Shown here: positions 37,397 through 49,837 of the stretch, one piece after another
Position numbering within the stretch: position 1 is the stretch's first letter
Layout of the letters: each line of letters starts with the position of its first letter
DNA from: Iphione sp. A-MEVVRFRX5
Taxonomy: Eukaryota
Length of the DNA: 64,000 nt
Direction: 5' to 3'
NCBI GenBank assembly: GCA_976226885.1
Contig: OZ320316.1
Span: forward strand, 79,608,001-79,672,000
Notes under the pieces: generated by a model
What the model saw: the letters and a program-made list of their open reading frames with translations, nothing else
Database searches by the model: none
Told to the model about the DNA's origin: nothing
Program-made: the position numbers and the translations under genes

Positions 37397-39379
37397 GTGA
37401 GTATACCTTTTTGTCAGGCTATAGATGTTTCCTCTCCTCAAATCCATTAATGTCAAAGGGACTGACCAAGTTCTTGAATAGTGGGGCTCAGTGTGCAGGA
37501 CTCGACGAATCAATAGATTTTGGTGTCTATATATATATCGCATATTTGCGAGTAGAAACCTGACATCCCCAACAAATTCCTTCTGTAAATGTATATTCTC
37601 AAACAAGAGGTAGAGGAAATGGAGGATATGTACTTTATATATGGACAACATGCTGTATTTTATACATGCAATGTGTGATAAAACATCCAAAAAGTATGAT
37701 TTAGCGCTGCAAATACCTTTTTGTGAACTGTGGAACGTTAAATTGGTATTATGTACATGTATTTCCTTTAAAACTAGGCACAAATCCAGCATAAAATATA
37801 TCCAATTGATGGTCAACTTTATTTCATTCAATGCCAACATGAATATACTGCAACGTGTCTAAGGTGCTGAGCAAGTCTTAACACAAAAATATCTAGTTCA
37901 CTCTATATGCACAAAAATCAAGTGTGCATAGGACAGAATGTCTATTTATTCACAGAAACATGTTCCCTTATATATTGAAAATTGGTTTACATAATTCCAG
38001 ACATTAATAGTATCACAAGATGAAAATACCCTTGCAGTTATATATGGCACAGTTACATATGTTGCAGTACAATATGGGAGCATTCCTGGATCCCGGATCC
38101 TCACAATCCGGATTCAGTTTGTATTGCGTCTGCAGTAAAACTGCAACTGTCGCAACTGGCCCGAGCATGCTGGGCCGCAGTTAACCAGGCTATTGCTGCT
38201 GTAATTTCACATCACTGAGTTTTAAAGTGTGATACAGACATGGTCCCTTCACCCGGTAGTTGTTAATAAAAGCATCCGTATAATTGGACTTTTAAAAAAA
38301 TGTAGAACGAAAAGCTGATAATCTATTGACATGCATATCGTCTCACCTCTTCTGTGAAGTTTTGAACGATCAAACAACTCTTTCAAAGAAACACGTGCCT
38401 TCAAATTGTTAGGTGCTCTGGAAATGAAAGGACACATACGTAAAGTGTTAACATCTGTAAGTTCTATACTTTTGGGTTGAAATGCGCTGATACATATCTA
38501 GAAGCTAGGGGAGCCTGATTATGACCCAGGGGAAACAAATCAGAGATTGCAATATTAAGGCTTATAGAACATCAAGCTCCTTACGTTTCTCGTAATTCTT
38601 GATATCATTAACCCGCTTCTTAAGAGCCTAAGGGTATCGAGAATTGAACTTGATACTAAGAACTATAACATCCGATTCAACAGTCTGGACTTAAGCCCTG
38701 TGGAAGTCTATCATACCTAAAATATACTTAGGGCGAATGGTACGGTTACTGAGTTTATATAATTCTCAGCATACATGTGTTTTGTATTGATTTTGTCTAT
38801 TATTATTGCTTATTATTATATTATAGTTTATTCCATTTAATTCTATTTTGTATTTTGCTTATTTATTCTGTACACAATAAATTGGAAGTCTCTCCACAAA
38901 AAATACTTCAATTCATTATTACTTGATGGTGTTTGAGATGATAAACGTTCTTACACACAAGTCGTGTATCGGAGGACACGTAATGAACCACATGTTATGA
39001 GGGAGATCTATCACTGATACTGACACAGTTGCCTCCATGGTTTTATGTACGCGCCGCTCTGACCATATAACATGTGTACATGTATATGGCCAAGGCTACC
39101 AAATACCTTATTGGTTGCTATGTCGTCACCTATCATTTACGCTGATGTAATTGCTCCGTATTTCACCACTAGAACTAAGGTCCGGACGGAGGAGTCGCAC
39201 CACGAAGCATCTAATGCCCAAGTGTGATTAAAGTCGCCACAAGTAGTGTCAGTTCTCAGACTGGGATCGGTGAAAAGGGAGAATATAGAAAGAAGAGTGA
39301 GACGCATTTCAAGAAATCACTGGTAGTACTTCATTAATGTTTGTGTGGCATGTTTCTCCTGAATGATAGCTGGCAAACG

Positions 39380-39450
39380 TACTCCGATAAACACTCTTCC
39401 CAGCTGAACTGCTTTTCACAGACGTAGAATTTTTCTCCTGATGTATACAT
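39380..39450 (-). pseudogene. Single degenerate C2H2 zinc-finger-like relic
   Basis: The minus frame reads MYTSGEKFYVCEKQFSWEECLSEY, like a HTGEKPYxCEECSKQFS unit with the second Cys segment deleted and no His pair. No neighbouring fingers found. Confidence 0.25.
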
Positions 39451-40400
39451 TATTGCTAATGTAGCCAGGAGGAATAGCGAATATCCGCGCCCCATATATG
39501 CAGTATACTTTCGGGCCAGGTGGAGATTGTAGACCGCTACTGTTGTTTTGCAAATTTTACTGAACGATGTTCGAGTTTGTAGCAAGGCTGATGTAATTTT
39601 GCCGGCGTACAGTAGGATTCAGGATAGAGTCCAGAGCTTTACTTCAAAGAGTGGGTCTGTACCTTACCCCTAGTGTAAATGTACTGAGCAAAAGTTCTAC
39701 ATGTGAACGCTCTCTTAAATGAGATACAGAGGAGTGGAAAAGTAGCTGCCCTCCCTACTCTTCAGGTAACGACGCCCACTACAACTACATGTATATTGGT
39801 CTTGAATTATTGACGTCCACTTAAGTTGGCTCCAGTGTTAAGGACACTGTAAGTCTGCACTGCACATAGATATGCTTCGATATCCATTTCCAGAAGAACT
39901 AACACATTCAAGTAGGGTAGATTCGTTGAAATGTTTGATAATAGGTACAAAGCTGTTCTGCATTTTGACATCTGATTGGTTTTCAGCGGAAAGGTGGTAT
40001 GGAACAGAATTCCAAAGTAATATATTTTGGCCATTTTGAATTTAGACAACTAAATAGACACCTTTTTGCAAGAATAAAATCTTTGTTGAGGTATTCAAAG
40101 CTTCAAACGAAATAACGCATTTGTCAATATTTTAAGTGAAAAAGTATCTGTAGCAAGACAAGGCCACTGCGTATCTTCCTAATTTTTTTTTAAATAAGTA
40201 CTCATATATGCACGTACATGTGCAGAAATTGTGAGTAGCCTACAGATCAATGGTTCTATACCTGCCCTCTGGCATTGCAAATGAGATTTTTATTTCAAAA
40301 TTCCATCTGCTTTACTACATAATAAATACGAAATGTGCTGACGGAATTCTCGCGAAATTTTCTTATATCGTGCCGTAGAGAGCAGCCTATAAGACAAGTA

Positions 40401-41728
40401 GGGGAAAGGTGGGTAATTTGGACCAGTGGGTAAATTGGACCACATCAAGATCTCTCATTTTCAGGCAAGGAAGGAATATGAGCACCATCCAACAACAAGT
40501 GATATAACTACACAATGTCTCAGAACTAAAAAATGGTGGCTTCAAAAAAACATGTGCCAAGCTGAGACACATTATTGGTTTTACGTCTCACTGATCTAAT
40601 TTTACCAATTATATTTGGCAATGTAGTTGCAAGCAGAAAGTACATAGACCCGTATCATAACTTTATATCAATACTGTCTCACTCAGAAGCAATACTAACA
40701 TCAAGTTTAGTCTCTGTCATCTACACAAAAATGAGCAGAAAGCATTTTTCCTGGGGATTGGTGTGTGGGTAAATTGGACCACTATAGGGAGGGTAAATTG
40801 GACCACTGGTCAAACTACCTGACTCAGTCCAATCTGCCTACACAACCATTACCTTTTCTTTTATCTGTTAAGCAGGCTTTGGAGAAACCTTGTGGTATCT
40901 GTATTTGGTCTCAACTTTGAGCTATCATATGAAGACAATCTATTTTGAACTAAGACAGTAAATGAAGTGCAAATTTATGGAACTTCATGATGTACCCTTT
41001 TCTACTGTAAGTATTTTTTTATTGAAATGAAAGACATCATTTTAGAAAATAAATAGAGAAACATTTATTGGTTTTTATTTATTTACTTTTGGTTTTAACA
41101 TATTTTGGATTTTTAATGACAAGATGACTGATATAGATGTGCGGTAATTTGTCCAGGTATTCAAGAAAGTCATCAACAAAGCTCCGGTCACTAGTACAAG
41201 GAGCTTTTTAGGCCTGAGAGGTTATCTTGTCAAATGAATTTTTCTAGTTTTTAAAATGCTTGGTGAAACATTTTAAATATACATGTACACACAGTTTATA
41301 AAGTTGCAGCAACAGGTATGAAAGGAATCTAATACCCTATAAATGCAGGTCCCATTCTGTTGTACATATTTTGATGGTAGAGTCACAAAGTCAATTGGCA
41401 TTACAACTAATAGTGACCAAAACCTGTCAAAGCCATGCTGTTGTTCATGGGACTTACAAATCTAGGACCTAGATTCATTTTACACCTGACTGTTCAGACT
41501 ATGGCACTTGGTCCAATTTACCCTCCCTGTTCTGTAAATTGTATCAGTCATGAAAAATGTTCAATTGCATTTTACTCAAAGACTAATCTAACTAAAATTC
41601 CCCCAGTTTGTTAAAATATGCTGCAGACCCTAATGCTTCAAAATAAGCAAAGTTTTTGTATAGTGGCTTAGACATTTTCATTTTAGAGCATGTTTTTCTT
41701 AGGGGGTCCAAATTACCCACCCTTCTCC
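40401..41728. mobile_element. Non-autonomous Tc1/mariner (pogo-like) DNA transposon, 1.33 kb
   Basis: TIRs GGGGAAAGGTGGGTAATTTGGACC ... GGTCCAAATTACCCACCCTTCTCC, flanked by TA on both sides (40399-40400 and 41729-41730). AT-rich interior without a transposase ORF; internal copies of the GGGTAAATTGGACCA motif. Confidence 0.85.
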
Positions 41729-42189
41729 TACGTCATATGTACATTTAATGCAGAATCTTAAAAGGATGTCCATATGTGATGAAGTGTCCCAAGATACCAA
41801 CCGAATCGAGTGGAACAGTTGTGTTAAACATGTGAATCCTACTTTTTTGTAAATGTTATCACAATAAAATTCGATTTTATAAATGTTTATTGAGCAACAT
41901 AATCATTCTTACCAGAATAAAGTGGAGCAATTCGTCGTGGTACTACAGCAAGTGTGTCTTCTATGAATAATGATTGTCACCTATCGGGAATACGATCTAA
42001 TAAGCGAGGTGTATAAAACCACGGTTCGGGTCTGATATTGGAGGGAAATTATTTTTCTCTTAATTCCCTCCAGAATAAAAGCACAGGTGGAGAGATAGGC
42101 AGTAAGCGACGCGAGCAGACAGAAATGCATGCGTAGGACGGGAATCATTGTAATCGAATGGATCAGATTTACAAGTGTAACGGGGAGTT

Positions 42190-42370
42190 GTCATCACGGT
42201 ACGCCCTGATCGGCCAATCTGCTGGCCGCGCCGTTAATCCGCCGCTAACCAGTCGGCCCCATGCGCTAATTACGCCCGGCGCCGCGCGCTGATGAATAAT
42301 TAAAGTGGCGAGATGGGGCTGCCACCACGCGGCAGACGCCCGCCGAAGGAGCGCGTTATGCGCTGCTGAT
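42190..42370. promoter_or_regulatory. CpG-rich enhancer-like element with homeodomain sites
   Basis: TAATCC (42235, K50 type), TAATTA (42267), TGATGAAT (42290, matches the Pbx/Hox TGATNNAT pattern) and TAATTAAA (42298) in a CpG-dense patch. Confidence 0.35.
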
Positions 42371-44101
42371 GAGTTGCCGAAGATGTTTTGCATCCGTAGG
42401 GATACAGAAGTATATAGGAACAGCTGGCTTGCCGCTGCACTCCGGTCGTTCCCGGTGTGAGTGACCAGGGTGGGGCTGTGGGGGCGATGACCTTGCTGGC
42501 CGACAATGTGGCGTGCATTTTGAGGACAGCAGGCATTGGGAAACTGTCCAGGGCCTTGAAGAGTTAAGTCTACAGAGCCCCATTTGTTCACAAATGGCGG
42601 TTGTGTTTGTTTTCAGACGGATCATATCGCTTTATGCATTAATTTACATGTTGAATAAAACGAATGCAAATCGCCCCAAATGGTTATGTGTGATTTATCT
42701 CAAACACCTGACCGAGCTTACCCTATGGGCATTTCCATATACAGTACACAGCCTAGGCTATAAAGAGAAACTATAGAGCAAGCATAGTAGAGGTCTGAAT
42801 CGACAAAAGCTGCGTATTTTCTAACCGTACAATTCACCAAATATAAAGTTTTTAGTAAAGCTATGTCTGTTTCAAGAATCCAGATGCAGCATAATTTTGT
42901 AGAAACGTTCAAATCACTAGGTCATATTTTAAGAGATGTGACCTTAACGGTGAGACAGACAGTCAGGTGATCAGAGAGTCATAGAGGCAGACACAATGTC
43001 CCTGTCTTTCCTCCTGCTAAAGGGGAGGAAGCAACAATCGATTATTTAGTATGGTGTGTTTTTTCATATACATAGAGAGATACATGTGTCTGTTCCATGA
43101 TGTATTGTGGTTTTCGGTTATAAAATGCTTATGAACCAACCTCTTGGTGTAATTAAATATCAGCTTAGACCCCACATATAGTGTACACTGATTTTTCTTT
43201 ATAGCTACTGGTTTTATCCAAAATAATAGAACGATGCAGGAGATATACAATGCATGAATACTGGTACAACAATGAACAACTTTGGATACAAAAGAATTCT
43301 TCACGTTTTAGGTGTTCGAAACCTGTACCCTAAATACGCAGTGAAAACCACTTGTATGTGACTTATAAATTGCTAAAGTCACCTTCAAAGTCTTACATCT
43401 TTTACATTAGGACACGTAATCTAGTGACGCACAGTTAGGCAAATCGATCGATTAGATCCGATATCTCTTCCTGTAGCTAGAGCTAGCCACAACCGGTGGC
43501 TATGTCTATCCAAGACCGACTCAAGGACGCTTCCAATTGCATCTACTCATCCACTGATGTGAAAAAAAGACGGACTAAGATGGCAGTGATGTGTAGATTG
43601 GGCGCAGCGGAGGAGCAGGCTCGAGCGGCAGGGCGAGAGGTGTTGGATTAAGTGGTATTTTGTGATCGAGAAGGGGCGAGACGAGTGAAACAGTAGCAAA
43701 AGAAAAGGGTGAAACTGTCGACAAACAAATTGAGATAATGGAACATAGAGTGTTGAGCTAGAGCAATGAATTGCTTATTTTATCACCGATGTTGAGGTGA
43801 TTAGAGAATTTACTCTTAAATATTAGAATTTTATTTCTACAAGAGTATTCCCCGTCTTTTGAAGCTGGTCGTCCCTCGTGTTTTCCGAATATAGACACAA
43901 CCTGTCTTGGATGAACGTCGAGGGAGGTTGCCACTCTCTTCCATCGACGGCTGCTTGAAAGGGACTTCTGGCTGCGGTTGAACGAAGAGCTGAAACCCTA
44001 TCCACTAGAGGCGCGTGCTTTGCGCTGCATTCGGTCCAAACACGTTGAAAAGGAAACCGCCCGTCCCGTTTTACACCTTCTACAATTGGGTGTCATGAGA
44101 C

Positions 44102-44192
44102 GTGCTTGTGTGTGTTTGTGTGTGTGTACATGTGTGTAAGTTTTGTTCGAGAGTCTGTCGATGCAAGTGTGTGGTAGTGTGTATGTGTGTGA
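44102..44192 (+). repeat. Degenerate TG-rich microsatellite
   Basis: GTGCTTGTGTGTGTTTGTGTGTGTGTACATGTGTG ... GTGTGTGGTAGTGTGTATGTGTGTG. Confidence 0.7.
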
Positions 44193-46153
44193 CTGTCCAT
44201 GCGTTGAGTGCCTCAGGAACGATCCTGACGAAAGCAGTTGGATGCTAAAAAAAATCCATACTGTGGTAGCTGTGGCACGGTCCGTCGGAGGCGTTAAGAG
44301 CCATCTTCGTTTAGTTTTGAAGCTGGGACAAAGGCCCCAGGCGAGAGCGTGAGTGTTTCTGCCCAGCGGCTGAAAGGGGATCAATGGTTATAGACAGCCA
44401 CAGACAAGGTACGGTCGTGTGTGTCAACTCGAAATGATTGTAGTGTTTTGTGCACTGAGGTTTTTAGTTAATGTATGTCACTGCTGCATTGGATAAAATT
44501 ACTGGACTTGCTAAATTATTCAACCAAAGCAAGCCTTGCCATTATGTGCTCTCATTGAAAATCGTCAGCTGCTGATTTGAGAAGAGTCACTTGAGACTGC
44601 CGCTGTCCATCAGCGTAAAGCTGCAGGTTAATACCGCTCATCAACACGTACATGTTAGTTTAGCTGCGAAATTCTAGTCTGCACATTAGGTTTGGCATAC
44701 AGCCTGGAGGGAGGCACTGGGACAGGGCTAGTGGGATCTTGCGCCCCCGTTTGGGGAGTTCATGGTGGGCCGATCTCCCAACTCAGCTTTTCCCCAGGGG
44801 GGGAACATCGAGGTGGGATTCAGGGCAAAGGCCTCCATAAAAAGTGATCTTGTACATTTTAAGTCAGTACCTGGCGAGGAGAGGTCTGCTCATAGCCGAT
44901 TAAGATTTACTGGCGTAATACCTCCGCCGAACGAGTGGCGGGGGACGCGGCCCGGCTTAGGAGGCGAATAAATCAAGGCGACCAAGTCGCGGCAAACCCT
45001 TGGTAAATAGATTTGACATGATGGCACCAATAAGGACTGATTATGATGGCGCCGACGCCCTGCGGAACCACCTGTCCACGCCAGCCACCTTGTCGCCTGT
45101 CTTTTACACATTATAGAGTAAGTAGCATTAGCTCTTGCCAGTTGTCTTCCGCTGTCCAATATGGACAACACTATCATCAAAAGTTAATGTGCCATCTCCA
45201 ACCTAATAACAATGACGAAGGAACCATTACTGTTACATGTATTAATCACCATATTGGTTGAGGTAAAACAAGAGTCACCCGGCCAAAGGCGTTTATTGCG
45301 CATTAGTCTCTTCGGGAAAGGGATAATGTGAATATTTTACCATGGTTTCCTTGTCTTTCAATGGCCACAAAGTTTGCCTTGCACAACAGTCAACGGAAAA
45401 AGAGCACTTTGGATTATGCCTGAGAAATGAATGTTATTTATGTTCGGAAATGAGGGCTTTGTCCTTTTCCAGACTAATTATTAATTCGTTGTAAGCGTAC
45501 ACAAATGGGGGTTTTAACAGGATTAGGCATATGAATCCGGCGTTTTAACAAGAGGACATCGAAAAAATAATATTTAATTGCTGTCGATAATTGCGTCATA
45601 AGGTTACAGATTGGCCTGGACTCGGGTAACTTCCGAGTTTCAGAAAGAAACAAAGAAATGCATACTTGGATTGCATATATGGTCATACGGAGTGAAAACC
45701 ATACTGAAGAATCTTCGTTTGTGACCTAAAAAATTCACATACATGTATATTCGCATCGTGCTCCATGGCGAACTTCGAAAATATACAAAATTGCCGCACC
45801 ACGTGAATGGTGCCGCGTAATTCTCAACTCTGAAGCTGTTATGAATTTACTTAGGAGTTGGCAATCGCGTGCACGGTTGTTCTCTGGCGTGGCGGGCGCC
45901 CAATGGGCCCCTATCATTCCGAGACAAAAGTTCGCAGTTAACCGCGTTCGCATGACCAGGGCCTCTCGGCACGCCGCGCTCCAGTTCGCGGCGTTCCCTA
46001 CAGGGGGCAGTGCATTCGATTCCTCCTACGCAACTTCGGTGGTAAAACCACGAGCAAGCCTTGACCCAGCCGCGAAGCTGTAATGTCGCCACCGCTACTT
46101 GATCGTTGACCCCAACCATTGGGAGCTACCATGGTTACCGACTGGCGCTCTAT

Positions 46154-46372
46154 CTAGCTGAGGAGGCCGCCACTCCCGGCGGCACTACTCATACCAAACA
46201 ACACTATTGGCCAGTCGAGACAGGTGCGTCTTAATACGAGTCGGACCAAGGGTGGGTGACAGCCTTTCTCTCCGGACAGCCACGACCAAAGTGCATTCAG
46301 CCTGGCGATGTTGCTAGATAAAGGCTTATTGTATATATTGGAAAGTCTGGAGATGGCCAAACTCTGCACCAA
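46154..46372 (-). mobile_element. Possible decayed DIRS/Ngaro-type tyrosine recombinase fragment
   Basis: The minus ORF contains PLSSNIARLNALWSWLSGEKGCHPPLVRLVLRRTCLDWP, resembling the YR N-terminal segment 'LS.STI....SA.......G.HPLV.R.L.G....RP'. No catalytic R-H-R-Y residues are visible. Confidence 0.3.
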
Positions 46373-46960
46373 ACTGCTAAATGTACTTCAATGATAAGAG
46401 ACTTCAAGAAGAATGTATTTTCCAAATTTAACCTCCATTCGGTAAACGGAAAAGTCGGTTTTCCATTCGCCTTAAGGACTATTCCCTCCCGTGAATATCT
46501 TAAACAATCAGTTTAATTTATATTCTATATTTAACTCTCTTATCGGATGTTGTATGTTGAGAGACACAACAATACATGACTTTGAATATTTTTTAAGGGA
46601 TGATATAGTGTTCGCCTCTAATAAGATGTGTTCATAGGAAGTTCCTCCTCCAGATTATGCATTATCAAGATGAAAGATCATTAAAGATACGGGCTTCCAG
46701 CAAAACGAGGCTTCCTATACTTTTATGCAGAACAAGGCAGGCTTCAGCTTAAAACAATGTTGTATTTATTTAGAATTGATAATTGCTTGTAGGATAGATG
46801 ATAAAATATCCATCCTTCTTACCCAAGAGAGAACTAAGAATAACACAATATATTCAAATCATTAAGAGCATTCATCAACATGTACATGTATCCTGAATAC
46901 TGTAGTAACAATGCGACTTACTCTAATCAGTTTATAAATCCGAGACTTTGAAGGTCAATC

Positions 46961-47305
46961 AGACCAAAAAAATAGGTGCGTTTCTGGTAACGACCAGCCA
47001 AAACCTAGGTAGGAAGGGGGGTATCTTTTTTAAAATTTTTTTTTTCAACTTTCTTCCTCTAGTTTTCAATAATAATAGAGACAATATGAAGAAATTTGAC
47101 CAATTTTCATGAATTTTATAGTTTTTTGTTGAATTTCCATGGATTTAATTGTTTTTCTACTGAAATTACCACAAATATGCACCATGAAAACATGTACCTA
47201 AGAAAATTCAGCCTTGGAAACTCTTTGGGGCCAAAACATTTTTAGGTAGGGTGAGGTTTTACTAGGTAGGGGTGGGTTACCAGAAACACACCTATTTTTT
47301 GGCCT
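46961..47305. mobile_element. MITE family A copy 3 (opposite orientation to copy 1)
   Basis: TIRs AGACCAAAAAAATAGGTGCGTTTCTGGTAAC ... GTTACCAGAAACACACCTATTTTTTGGCCT; its reverse complement aligns with copy 1. Confidence 0.92.
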
Positions 47306-49769
47306 CAAATTAACTATACAGTTAGATGTATATTTTAACATTTACATTTGATTTTCATCAGCATAGGCGAATGGCCCACAGAAATACAGATGTACTGCTC
47401 ATCAAATATTGAAACATATCCGGAGGTAGATTTTCATAGATTTGTATTTTTAACAGACTTTAATGCGTGATCCCCCGCTGGCATTACTTCTTCCCAGTAC
47501 TCCTATCGCCTGATCTGATTAGTTGAAATTTCACCTTTAATCGTGTCGAAGGATCAGTATAAAACGTGAATCCGTTATCATCAGGCGTCGATATTTTACC
47601 TCCAGCAACAGAGAGAATATGTCCGTTAACAGCACGTGATGGGCGTTTTCTGTCCGACTGTCACCTGCCCTTGAGCTTCTCCTCCAGTGCTACCTCTGAT
47701 GCTGGAAAAGGGCTAACAGTTTAGCTCGTGCTTGTCATGGCTTCCCTACAACTACGCCCTCCCCCGACCGCCGTGAGGTGCTCTGCGGCACAAAATGGGG
47801 AATTAGCCATACGTGACTGGGGAGTGGGTTTTTGTGAGCGCGACTGTCGCCAGTCGCCTGAACGTGACAGTAGCCAAAGGCAAGCTACAGTTTCCGGTTT
47901 CCCTGAAATACGTCGGCGCTCGCCTCTTCAGATTCCGAGCCGTTTTCAACCGGTGAAGGCTGAGACTGGATCAGGTTTCGAGGCCCGTTTTTAATATTAG
48001 ACGGGACCGACAGATCATTTCCAAGGTAGCTGTTGTACAGACCAACATACATACTGCAGTTGGCATGGTCCGATGTCGACGGCTTACTTTGATTAATTGC
48101 AATGGCTGAATCTGACCAGATATCTATTAAAAGGTTTCAAAAAAATATATTTAGACGTATAAAATACGGCTTTCTATTACAAGAGAAGAAAAGGCACGAG
48201 TATTTCATGTGCAGTTCGATCCATACATACTGCACACTCATATTAAAAGGTCTTATCGGTAAGAGCCAAATATTAGTATCAATATACATGTATATGTCTT
48301 TTTTTTCTACAAACTAAACCAAATGTGCCTAACCTCGCACTACGTACGTGTTACAACTAACTGATGGGCGGAGTTGCTAAGTTTATTTACAGGTAAAACT
48401 AGGAAGAAAGTTCTTTGTTCCAGAAACGCTTCAGAGACGCCTGCAAAACAATGGGGCCTGGCATTACTCGACGAATCAGGCCCTTTAAAGATTTGACATG
48501 TATGACGTCGCTGTGTGTAAATTTACACTCGAGCCGACGCGCGATAATCACAGGGGTGTTTGTGAAAAGGTTGAGCAGGTGACCACTGGAGGGTGTGTCC
48601 GGTGCTGTATGTAATAACCAGAGGAAAGGTAACAAATGCTTGACGTAATATCTACGAAACAAAGGGTCTGAGTGGACAGGGACCTATACAATGACGTTAT
48701 AGCATATGGACCGCTTGGCACACGCCTGCCATCTATGATGGTGGGGTTGCAGAGGGACCACGCTGCGCAGTTTCCTGATTCACTTACACTTTAGAAGTAA
48801 TGTGAATATTGATTTTCCGTAAATTCTAAGTCTAACCGGAAAGAAATATATTTCTCTAAATCAACACATCTTTAGCACTCAACGTCATGTCGATATTAGA
48901 GAGATTTCCTTGTACTTGGCTGTTGCCATGAAGCTTTATCGCAAAACCTATCAGGGCCCCTCTTTGTGTGGAGCACGAGGCCATTGTCCGCGGCAGCTGT
49001 GATCTGGTTGGCTCTCGCCACGCGCCTGAGCCAGTATGGTTGGCCAGCTGCAGCTTCCCACATAAATATGCATGAGGCAGCATGTGAGAAGTAGGAGGAG
49101 GAGGAGGAGGTGACGGAGCGATACGCGCCAGTAGAGGGTTGACAGCGCTTACAGCAAGGTGGATTTTAGAACAGAGCTCCCGGAGTCCGTCCCGTCCTAA
49201 GACTTAAACATCATCGTGGTGTGTGTACCTGTGTAACATCGACGCGGCAAACATGGTGGGAGGTACGTGTTACTAGGTTTAGTCTGCTATCACTGGCTTG
49301 GTCAACCACTCTGGTGGCCGCAAGGCGCTTCAAGATTTGCTCTGGCCGGATTTCACTCTGAGGCCTTTGTGCTGCTTGTTCGACGCAGTGGAAGCTAGGT
49401 CCTGCTACTTTCACGCGGCAGCAAGCCGCGCCGCCAACCGGTATTGGCGATGGCGGCAGCGGGGGTTGGCCATGGCTGATGCTCTCTCGATGGCCTGCTG
49501 GCTCGATGGCTAGCCGGAGATGGCAGCATGGTGTTTAGCTCTAGACGCCGGTCAATAGCGGGAACTTGTGACGAACCGGTCATCGTGCTGGTTCTACTGT
49601 CTGTGCACCAGCAGCTATTGTTGAGCACCCGGCCAGCTGGCCCGTTTGCACCATGACAGGCATCCGCGACCAGGCCACTAAGCCCCGCGAGACGGCGGGC
49701 CATAGCACGTTCCTATTGTGATAAAATATTGGCTCGGAGTATGAGTAATACCCTGGTTGCGGCCTCCCG

Positions 49770-49837
49770 CTGCTCCTGCTGCTGCTGCTGCTGCTGTTGC
49801 TGGGCTGCTGCTGCTGCTACTGCTGCTGCTGCAACTG
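49770..49837 (+). repeat. Interrupted (CTG)n trinucleotide tract
   Basis: 18 CTG triplets (longest pure run 7) interrupted by CTC, TTG, GG, CTA and CAA. Confidence 0.95.
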
